The translations under genes and the position numbers were made by a program. From IMG/VR virus record IMGVR_UViG_3300048930_001331: a DNA stretch of 64,000 bases; one strand, given 5' to 3'. Below the pieces are notes generated by a model, which made no database searches, had not been told where the DNA came from, and saw only the letters and a list, made by a program, of their open reading frames with translations. Of this stretch, positions 8,628-16,392 are shown piece by piece (the first letter of the stretch is position 1; every line of letters begins with the position of its first letter). The stretch is from an uncultured virus (IMG/VR IMGVR_UViG_3300048930_001331) (Duplodnaviria > Heunggongvirae > Uroviricota > Caudoviricetes).

Positions 8628-11600
8628 TCATGCATCCTTTCGGTAGATGGGTATCCAGTCGCCGCCGCTCTTGCGCCACCCATCCGTGACCAGTCGCCAT
8701 GTGCCACCGAGCTTCCCGTGGGCGGTCGGGACGAGCCATGCGCCGCCGTATTTTGCGAAGATCAGATCGATATCGAGCGATAGTCCGATCGAGCTGAAGA
8801 CATGCGGTCCGAAGCTGAGGTCAGATGCCTGCAGCACCTGCGCTTGCGACAGCGGCGGCGCTCCGAGTCCATAGGCACCGAACGAGAGAGGCGTTGCCGC
8901 AAGGCTATGTGCTTGAGACAGCGGCGGCGAGCTGAGAGAATACGAGCCGACACTCAGTCCAGTCGCCGAGAGCAGCCTGATCAGCTTTGCGGCAGGCGAC
9001 CCCAGGACGGGCGAGCCAATCACCATTGCGTTTGCGATCAGATTTCTGATCACCGTCATGGCCGGTGACGGCAACGTCGGCGTCGTCTGCAAGCCGCTCG
9101 CCGTTAGCTTGTGCACCTGCGACAATGCTGGCGCCGCCAGCGACGGCGCGCCGCTCGAGAGCGCGTTCGCAGCCACGAGCGACACGATGAAAGCTGACGG
9201 CGTCCCGAGGGTGTGCGGGCTGGCGGTGAGGTTGCTCGCGCCAAGAACATGCGCTTGCGCCATGGCTGGAGAGCCAAGCACCGGCGTCGTCGTGATCGGC
9301 ACCGCGGTGAACTTATGGACCTGCGAAAGCGCTCCTGTGCCTATGGTCGGCTGGCTGATCGGACCAAGCGTGACGCTGTGTATTTTGATCTGACCGCTCG
9401 CGGCAGAATCAAAATCAAACCTGATCCGCGTGATCGTGGAGTCGACCCAATCCGTGCCCCCGGTGTTGAGCACGCGCATGTCGAGTTCGATGACAACACG
9501 CTCGCCCACCGTCTCAAAAGCGGCAGGGATCGTCTTTCGATATGAGCCAGAATAGCTGTGCCCGGCCGTCGTATAGTAGAGGCTACCATCCCAACCGCCT
9601 ATCGATCGGGCCTGGGTCCGAGTCGCCTCGATACGAATAATCGGATACGCCGATCCCGATATGCTGATGTTCGGGCTGTAGAGCTGCGGGTCAGATTGCG
9701 TCTGGGTGAAGATCGCGCCGTCCTCGTCGGCAACGAGGGTGTTGGTGCCTGTGGTCGCCCACCCGGCCAGGGTGTTCAGGAAGGCGTAATTCAGATTGGG
9801 GGTGACGAAGCTGATCGGGAACGCGACAAGCTTGTGCACCTGATTCAGCGCGGGACTTGGCAGAACCGGCGTTACCGTAATCCCATCAGCGGTCGCGATC
9901 GTGACGATATTGATGTCAGGGACATCCAGCGTCGGCTCGTCGAGGATCAGGCTGTCAGCCTGAAGCAACCGGATGAGGGTAAAGCCCGGCGAACCGAGGG
10001 TGTGCATAGCCGCAGTCAGGTTGCCGGCCGTCAGCTTGTGAACTTGCGCCAGCGCCGGAGTCGCGAGCGCCGGCGCGCTTCCCGACAGCGCCGCCGCAGT
10101 AAGCTGATGCGTGATCGATAAGGTCGGAGACCCGAGAGACGGCGCTCCTGCTGATAGGTCGTCCGCCGAAAGGATGTAGCCGATGCCGCTGATCGCATCG
10201 CCGCCCAGCGGAAGCGAGGCGAGAGGTGCGAAGCCGCCGATCGGCGCGCCCATCGGTATCGCGTCAAACGGCACCGAGACCGTGAGAGCCGGCGTGTCCA
10301 AGACCGGCGCGCCAGCCGACAGCGCGCTCGCAGTCAGGGGCTGGATGTAGCTGAAGGACACCGGACCCAGAACGGGAGGTCCGATAGTCGGGGCGTTCGC
10401 CGTCAGCGCATGGATTTGCGCCAGCGTCGGGTTGCCGAGCGTGGGGGCTCCGGCCGAAATCTCGGTCGCCACGAGATTATATGCGAACTCCCAGCCGGTA
10501 TTGTTCCCACTCGAAACCGAACCGGTGCCTGGCGCCCACGTCGCGCCGCCGGTCGCGTTTGAGTCCTTGACGTCGAGGTATGCCCCGGTGACGGTGCCAG
10601 ACGCCTTCGACAAGGTGTGCTGCACACCGTCTTCTGTCGACCGAATGGCAATCGGGTTGGAGGCGTTGCCAGTGAGCGTCACCGAGCCGGTGAAAGTCTG
10701 CGTGACCCCCGACTCAAACTGCGCGGTGCGTGTGCCATTGTCGCTTCTGGGCGATATCGTGAAGGCGCCGAAGCTGTTCGCACCAAAAATGGATAGCGCA
10801 CCAGAGCCATTCCCAGCCCACGTGAATGACGGATAAGTCCTGCCACCGCCGGAGAACACCTTGGCGGTCGCGCTGTTATTGGTCAGCGTGATCGCGGCGG
10901 TGCCGGCGTTGAAGGTCAACCCCGTGATCGTCGTGAGGTCCCATACTGTCGCGGTGCCGCTCAGCGACCATGCCCCGGACCCCATCGTGAGGGTTCTGGT
11001 ATTTGTGTTGCTGCTCTCGAAGGAGCCCGCGCTGACATTGAACCCATTCGCATTGAAACTGCCGCGCGTGAGCGTGATTTTGCGCGCGCCGATATTCAGG
11101 TTGTCCGCAAGCGTCCAGCCGCCGCCGTCACCGTCGAAGGTGAAAGGCCGGTTGACCGTGATCCCGTTGGTCGTGATGGTCTTGCCGGTCGATTGCGCGG
11201 TAAGGATGAAAGCTCCGTTACCATCAGCAACAGACATACCGCTTGAGAATGTCAGGTTGCCGCGGACGGAGGCGTCTCCGTTGGCCGCCGATATCGAGCC
11301 TCCAAAACCAGTGAAATCCAGGTTGGCGCAGTCGATGCCATTGAGCGTCACAACGCCGGTGCCGGCGGACACCTTGACGTCGCCGACGACAAGTCCGCCG
11401 AGCGAGATGATCCGTGCGTTTGAGCCGGAGCCGTTGGCCTCTAAGAGGCCGGCCGCGCCGCTGAATGTCAGGTTCGTCGTCGTCGAAAGATTGATGACCG
11501 TCGAGATCGAGTGCGCCTTGATGGCGCCAGCGCCCATAGTGATGGAGCGGACGTTGCTGTTCGATGACGAGAACGTGCCACACTCGATGGTATAGCCATT

Positions 11601-12413
11601 CAGATCGAGACCACCCGCGCTATGGACAATAGCGCGCGCCGTGTCCCCGTCCTGGCTCACGACCAGGTTCGACTGAAGCTGATATGTCCCGCTGCCGCTG
11701 AAAGATACGGGGCGGTTTAGCTTCCCTCCAGCACTGATCGTGTGGGAAGCCGATCCATTGAACGCGATCGAATTTGTACCGCCCGTCCAAGCCACGCCGC
11801 TAGGTGATGTGAAGCTGCCATAGAGCGTGAGGTTCCCCAGACCTACGGTTCCGGCAAAGCCGGTGAGATCAAGGTTCCTTATAGCGGTGCTTGAGAACGT
11901 GAAGGTTCCTGTGCCCGCTGAGACTTTGACGTTCAGGGCACTGTTGCCAACGCCCAAAGTGCGGCTCGCGCTGCCGCTATATGAGAGATCGAGATAGTCG
12001 AAGTTTTCCGGCGAAACGACGAGGGGAAGCCCGATGGTTCCGGAGCCGGTCAGCTCCAGGATTGCGCCAGCGAGAGTGCTCTGGACGTTCCATGACGACG
12101 AAGCAGCAATGTTCTCGGCCGTGAGCTTGAAGCCCCTGAGATCGATTCCACGAACCGCGCCAGAGCCAGTAATCACCCCAAGGACGGTCAGGTTGGCCGC
12201 CATGACGTGAGGTAGCGTAGATCCCGAGATCGAAAGGGACGCGATAGTGATCGCGCTATTGACCGTCGTCGTACCGGCACCCGAGTTGGCATCGAACACG
12301 ACGTCGTCGCCAGAGCCAGGCACCGACGCCCCGCCCGATCCACCCGAAGAGGTGGACCAGCGCGCGGTGTCGGTCCAGTTGCCCGTGCCACCAACCCAAT
12401 AGCGAGTCGCCAT
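8628..12413 (-). CDS. Large fibre/spike protein (beta-solenoid-like N-half, Pro-spaced repeats)
   Basis: MATRYWVGGTGNW start; G/S/T/N-rich repeats; repeated PxLGxPxLxQxH units. Confidence 0.8.
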   Translation of the reverse strand: MATRYWVGGTGNWTDTARWSTSSGGSGGASVPGSGDDVVFDANSGAGTTTVNSAITIASLSISGSTLPHVMAANLTVLGVITGSGAVRGIDLRGFKLTAENIAASSSWNVQSTLAGAILELTGSGTIGLPLVVSPENFDYLDLSYSGSASRTLGVGNSALNVKVSAGTGTFTFSSTAIRNLDLTGFAGTVGLGNLTLYGSFTSPSGVAWTGGTNSIAFNGSASHTISAGGKLNRPVSFSGSGTYQLQSNLVVSQDGDTARAIVHSAGGLDLNGYTIECGTFSSSNSNVRSITMGAGAIKAHSISTVINLSTTTNLTFSGAAGLLEANGSGSNARIISLGGLVVGDVKVSAGTGVVTLNGIDCANLDFTGFGGSISAANGDASVRGNLTFSSGMSVADGNGAFILTAQSTGKTITTNGITVNRPFTFDGDGGGWTLADNLNIGARKITLTRGSFNANGFNVSAGSFESSNTNTRTLTMGSGAWSLSGTATVWDLTTITGLTFNAGTAAITLTNNSATAKVFSGGGRTYPSFTWAGNGSGALSIFGANSFGAFTISPRSDNGTRTAQFESGVTQTFTGSVTLTGNASNPIAIRSTEDGVQHTLSKASGTVTGAYLDVKDSNATGGATWAPGTGSVSSGNNTGWEFAYNLVATEISAGAPTLGNPTLAQIHALTANAPTIGPPVLGPVSFSYIQPLTASALSAGAPVLDTPALTVSVPFDAIPMGAPIGGFAPLASLPLGGDAISGIGYILSADDLSAGAPSLGSPTLSITHQLTAAALSGSAPALATPALAQVHKLTAGNLTAAMHTLGSPGFTLIRLLQADSLILDEPTLDVPDINIVTIATADGITVTPVLPSPALNQVHKLVAFPISFVTPNLNYAFLNTLAGWATTGTNTLVADEDGAIFTQTQSDPQLYSPNISISGSAYPIIRIEATRTQARSIGGWDGSLYYTTAGHSYSGSYRKTIPAAFETVGERVVIELDMRVLNTGGTDWVDSTITRIRFDFDSAASGQIKIHSVTLGPISQPTIGTGALSQVHKFTAVPITTTPVLGSPAMAQAHVLGASNLTASPHTLGTPSAFIVSLVAANALSSGAPSLAAPALSQVHKLTASGLQTTPTLPSPAMTVIRNLIANAMVIGSPVLGSPAAKLIRLLSATGLSVGSYSLSSPPLSQAHSLAATPLSFGAYGLGAPPLSQAQVLQASDLSFGPHVFSSIGLSLDIDLIFAKYGGAWLVPTAHGKLGGTWRLVTDGWRKSGGDWIPIYRKDA

Positions 12414-12431
12414 CGATCAGGTCTCTTCAGA

Positions 12432-12815
12432 TCACGACGGCGCCGGGATGCCGACGTCGAACGACGGCAGCGAGAAGGCGTTGCCGTTGGTCACAGCTTG
12501 TGACGACGAAAGTGAGTTGGCGGCCAGAAGCCGCGAGTTCGTCACTTCGCTCACAGCCCAATGCGTAGCGGTGCCGGTCGCGGTTACAGCACCATCCGTG
12601 ATGGCCGTGGACGCAACCTTTCGGCCGGATGGCGTCCGGTCAGCCGGCGCGCCGAATGCAGAGCCGGACGCGCCGTGGTCCTTGTTGCCGAGCGAATAGG
12701 TCGACGTCGCTTGCGTGTATGTCGCCGGCTCGGCCGAGCAGATGTCGATACGGTCAGCTTCCGTATCGAGAACATTCAGACCAAGGTCCAAGACCCGTGG
12801 ATTCAGGTACGACAT
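12432..12815 (-). CDS. Virion structural protein (fibre-associated)
   Basis: DGAVTATGTATHWA motif; GGAG SD; tail context. Confidence 0.65.
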   Translation of the reverse strand: MSYLNPRVLDLGLNVLDTEADRIDICSAEPATYTQATSTYSLGNKDHGASGSAFGAPADRTPSGRKVASTAITDGAVTATGTATHWAVSEVTNSRLLAANSLSSSQAVTNGNAFSLPSFDVGIPAPS

Positions 12816-12827
12816 TGATCCAGCTCC

Positions 12828-13196
12828 TTACTTTGCCGCCAGGGTGACGGCGGCAGACATGGCTGCGTCTTCGGCCTCGAAAGGCTCGCCATGCAGTTGC
12901 CACCTGTTGTCTTTCCAGATGTAGAGGTAGTAGACGCGAGCGTCGGAGAGCCAATCGACGTAATCCATCGGCTTGCCCAGCTCGATCCGCTTTCCGAACG
13001 AGTCGATCGCGTAACGCACCTTCTGCTCGCCGTTCACGGTCTCTTCGATCGGAGCGTGATAGTGCGAAGCCGTGACTTCGTTCGACAGCAACTCCTCGGT
13101 CGCCACAGCCTTGCGCCGCACATGCCCCTGCTCGACGCGGACTTTGGACTTGCCCTCGATATCCGTGATGGTGTCGCTGACTTTCTTGATCTGCAT
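12828..13196 (-). CDS. Hypothetical protein
   Basis: GAGGA SD; in-operon ORF. Confidence 0.6.
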   Translation of the reverse strand: MQIKKVSDTITDIEGKSKVRVEQGHVRRKAVATEELLSNEVTASHYHAPIEETVNGEQKVRYAIDSFGKRIELGKPMDYVDWLSDARVYYLYIWKDNRWQLHGEPFEAEDAAMSAAVTLAAK

Positions 13197-13212
13197 GCTG
13201 ATCCTCTTGAAA

Positions 13213-13956
13213 TTACGGCGCGACTTTGAACCAGAGATCGCCGTCTACGCCGCCTGACGGGTTGCTCTCACTGACGGTGATGGCGTGAATGCCGAGCGCA
13301 TCGAGGACCTGCTGCACGGTCGGCAGCGGGTACCAGGTCCAGTTCGCGTTCGAGTTCGGTGGAGTCGGTAGCGCGTTGCCGACGTTGCCATTCGCGTTTG
13401 ACACGAACAGGTAATTCCCGTTCTGCACCATGTCGTTCTGCGCGTAGGTGGTGACGCCGCTGTAGTTGCCGCGCGGCTTCCAGATCACGCCGACTGTGAC
13501 GACCGGTTCGAGAACGCCGTTGCGCCACTGATAGATCGTGCGTGTCACCGCATCGACGAACAGCGAGTTGTTCTGGACGAGCGACCAATCGATGTCGTCT
13601 GCAGTGTTGCCGACGAGGCCTTGGTTCTGCTCAAGGAACGCGTTGAACCGCGCGTAGACCGCCGCCTGCGTTGCGCCGTTCGCGATAGCTGGGCCGTCGA
13701 TCAGCTCGTAAGCAACATTCGTGAGCGTTTCGCCATTGAACGGCGACACGAGCGGAAGCTCGAGGTTTTCGTAGATGCCACGCGGATCAACCTCCGCGAC
13801 TGTACCGACACGGATTGGAGCAGCGTTGTCTGGCACCGCCCATATCTGTGATCCGGCACGATCCCGGCCGCCCCATGCCGTGCCGGTGCCGGAAACGATG
13901 CTCTCGCCGGAGACGACAGAGATCGTCCCTGTGGTGTAGGCAAACCGCTCGGTCAT
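13213..13956 (-). CDS. Tail fibre/adaptor protein
   Basis: YTTGTISV..VSGTGTAW N-terminus; WKPRGNYSGVTTYAQND module; PSGGVDGDLWF end. Confidence 0.7.
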   Translation of the reverse strand: MTERFAYTTGTISVVSGESIVSGTGTAWGGRDRAGSQIWAVPDNAAPIRVGTVAEVDPRGIYENLELPLVSPFNGETLTNVAYELIDGPAIANGATQAAVYARFNAFLEQNQGLVGNTADDIDWSLVQNNSLFVDAVTRTIYQWRNGVLEPVVTVGVIWKPRGNYSGVTTYAQNDMVQNGNYLFVSNANGNVGNALPTPPNSNANWTWYPLPTVQQVLDALGIHAITVSESNPSGGVDGDLWFKVAP

Positions 13957-14366
13957 GCCACCACCGCGGACAAGTTGATGGTGGTGTTGCCTCCATACGT
14001 TCCGGTCGAGGTGTATTTCCAGCGGAAGCGATCGCCCAGGATGCCGGAGATGGCGGTGTTATCTGTCAGCGTCCCATCGGTCGGCGTCGCCAGCGTCGTG
14101 ACTGCGGTCGCATCCGTTAGGTTTGCCTCGCGAATCGCGCTGGCCGTGGTGAGCGCCACACACATGATGTCGCGCCACGTAACCCCCTGATCGAGCGACG
14201 TCTGGAGATAGACCTTGAAGGATGTGCCGCCCGATCCGTAGACAAAGTTGACGCGCGGCGTGATCCGGCGAATTCCTTCCAGCCGCTCCACGACCTCCGT
14301 CGTAACCCCAGCGGCCGCCGCCGTTATGATCTTTGGCGTCCACAGTCGATAACCGGGAATGATCAT
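13953..14366 (-). CDS. Virion structural protein, beta-sandwich-like
   Basis: KVYLQTSLDQGVTWRD; GILGDRFRWKY; ATGA-coupled. Confidence 0.65.
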   Translation of the reverse strand: MIIPGYRLWTPKIITAAAAGVTTEVVERLEGIRRITPRVNFVYGSGGTSFKVYLQTSLDQGVTWRDIMCVALTTASAIREANLTDATAVTTLATPTDGTLTDNTAISGILGDRFRWKYTSTGTYGGNTTINLSAVVA

Positions 14367-14533
14367 TCTTCGGGCTCATTCTGGATGGGGAGTTCGATCA
14401 GGACTTGGTCCTGTGAGAGATCGAGAGCTTCAGAACCTTGGTCGCGCGCTCTCTTGAGGAATCGGCGCTCATCGCGCAGACGCTGCGCCTCAGCGTCACG
14501 ACGACGCTGCTCTGCCGGATGTCGGTTGTTCAA
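14363..14533 (-). CDS. Small charged hypothetical protein
   Basis: TTG start overlapping the stop of 14530..15159; stop overlaps the next ATG. Confidence 0.4.
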   Translation of the reverse strand: MNNRHPAEQRRRDAEAQRLRDERRFLKRARDQGSEALDLSQDQVLIELPIQNEPEE

Positions 14534-15159
14534 AGCTGGTTTCTCGGCGTCAGCAGCCGGCCGCGAAATCCGCTGAGCGACCAAGAGTTGGTGCTGCTCG
14601 GCGTGGCCAGTATGTTTCCGAACGTGACGCGGATCTGCCACGTGTAGGTATGGACGCCTGGGGTTGGAGTTGGCTCCCACCACCGAAACGCATCGCCGAT
14701 CATGACGTCTGAATTGACCGGGCCGGTGAAGCCGCCGGCGTAAGGGAAGCCAGGAGCTGAGCTGGCGTCCCATCCGGGCGCTGGCCATTCGGAGGTCGTC
14801 ACATCCTTCAGCATCCGGACGTATGCGCGAAACTCGGCTAGTCCCGAATGCGTGAGCACAACGGTCAGAACGCCCGTCGTGACCGATATGTCGATGAAGT
14901 AGTTTCTCGCGTCAGTCGTCAGTGTCCACGACAGGATGTCGATCCATCCGGAGTCGTAAACCGTATTGACGTTCGTGGCGCCGATCGCGCTGGCCTGAAC
15001 CTTTGCTTCGGTTCCAATCACGCTTCCGGGCAAGATCACATTCCGGAAGCGAGACTGCCCATCGACGACCTCGAAGACTGGTATTGGATCGCCGGAGGAT
15101 TGCTGGGCGTAGAGCTGTACCTGCGATTTACCGCCGAGGGCCTGGAGTGATCGGCTCAC
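14530..15159 (-). CDS. Free-standing tail-tip C-terminal domain cassette 2
   Basis: (M)SRSLQALGGKSQVQLYAQ...YDSGWID...PGVHTYTWQIR...PRNQL, parallel to the tip protein C-terminus; GTG start inferred. Confidence 0.8.
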   Translation of the reverse strand: MSRSLQALGGKSQVQLYAQQSSGDPIPVFEVVDGQSRFRNVILPGSVIGTEAKVQASAIGATNVNTVYDSGWIDILSWTLTTDARNYFIDISVTTGVLTVVLTHSGLAEFRAYVRMLKDVTTSEWPAPGWDASSAPGFPYAGGFTGPVNSDVMIGDAFRWWEPTPTPGVHTYTWQIRVTFGNILATPSSTNSWSLSGFRGRLLTPRNQL

Positions 15160-15793
15160 CGAGGCGGTCTTGCCACGACCTAACAATCCGCTGTCTCGCC
15201 CCAGCTTGGTCGAGAGTCGTGAGTTCGAGAAAGCCGCCGACGATGTGATGCGATCCGCTGCCGAACGGCAGTTCGGCGCGCGATCGTCGCATGGCTTCGA
15301 CGTAATCCACACCATGCCGCTCTGCCTTGAAGTCTTCTGGGTCCGCTGGCGCAGCGAAGCCTGCGAGCGCCGACGAATCCGGCGTTGGAGCGCCAAATAC
15401 CGGAGCGCTGATGCGCTCAAGCCGATGTCTGATCTGGTCTTGATGCAGGTCGTGACCCGCTAGGAAGAAAACCTCTGGGCCGCGTCGGTAGCAGCAGACC
15501 GCGATCTCGTAGTGTCGCGAGCGATCACCGAGAGTCGTCTCGGCCACGCGCTCGCATTCCATCAGAGCGGTCGGCAAGCGTGAGATCAGTTCAGAAGCGC
15601 TCATAGACCGCGTCACGGCTGAAACAAGATTGCCGATCAGACTCTCGCCTCTGACTGTGACTGCAGCCCTTCCATCCTTGGATATGGCCACCTTCGATTT
15701 GACCCGGACCAGACGTGCCTGCCGGTCAAGAACGGCCGCGTCGGTCAATAGCTCGACCCGATGAGCCTTCAGGATGCACAGATACGCGCTCAT
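15128..15793 (-). CDS. Proteasome-beta/Ntn-hydrolase-like protein
   Basis: After Met removal: Ser1, Asp17, Lys33, Gly48; late IVGGFLELTTL strand; ATGA-coupled to cassette 1. Confidence 0.65.
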   Translation of the reverse strand: MSAYLCILKAHRVELLTDAAVLDRQARLVRVKSKVAISKDGRAAVTVRGESLIGNLVSAVTRSMSASELISRLPTALMECERVAETTLGDRSRHYEIAVCCYRRGPEVFFLAGHDLHQDQIRHRLERISAPVFGAPTPDSSALAGFAAPADPEDFKAERHGVDYVEAMRRSRAELPFGSGSHHIVGGFLELTTLDQAGARQRIVRSWQDRLGEPITPGPRR

Positions 15794-16392
15794 ACTTGGT
15801 TCTTCGGGTAGAGGACGCGCAGTTTCAGACCATCCTTCAGGTCGACGATATCCGCCCCCCCAGAGCCGTTGGTCACGAGAAACTTGACCTGCCATTTGTA
15901 GGTGTAGGTGCCAGGAGATGGCGGGGTGTCGGAGAAGTCGAGCGTCTGGAACAGATAGCCGCCTGTCAGCGACACGCCTGTCGGCCACGCGAAAAACGGC
16001 ACTCCGTCGAATGCGATCGGCGGATACACCTGAGAGCCGTTGCGCAGCAGCCTCGCCAACAATCGCCCGCCTGGATTTGTCGCCGTGATCGTTATGTCGA
16101 CAAGGCCGATGCGGATTGAATGATCCACGAAGCCCGTAGTTGCGTCCGCAAGGACGTCGACTGACACTGCGTCGATCCAACCGGAATCATAGTTCCCAGA
16201 CGAATATGTGAGGTTGCGGGTAATCCGCGCCCCGGTCGTCTGGAGCGCGCCCACGACCGAGTCGGGAAGGAAAAGAGCGCCTTGGACGCGCGCTTGGCCG
16301 CCCGATACCACGAATACCGGCTCGGGCTCTCCAATGGCCTTCTGGGCGTAAATCTGGACTTGCGACTTGCCCCCGAGCGCCTGCGTGGTCAT
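15790..16392 (-). CDS. Free-standing tail-tip C-terminal domain cassette 1
   Basis: MTTQALGGKSQVQIYAQKA...YDSGWIDAV...PGTYTYKWQVK...YPKNQV; ATG overlaps the tip gene stop. Confidence 0.88.
   Translation of the reverse strand: MTTQALGGKSQVQIYAQKAIGEPEPVFVVSGGQARVQGALFLPDSVVGALQTTGARITRNLTYSSGNYDSGWIDAVSVDVLADATTGFVDHSIRIGLVDITITATNPGGRLLARLLRNGSQVYPPIAFDGVPFFAWPTGVSLTGGYLFQTLDFSDTPPSPGTYTYKWQVKFLVTNGSGGADIVDLKDGLKLRVLYPKNQV

Noticed and set aside
15794..16180. N-terminal extension of the 15128..16180 ORF as given in the track
   Set aside because: It overlaps cassette 1 out of frame; the ATGA-coupled start at 15793 fits the operon and exposes Ser1.
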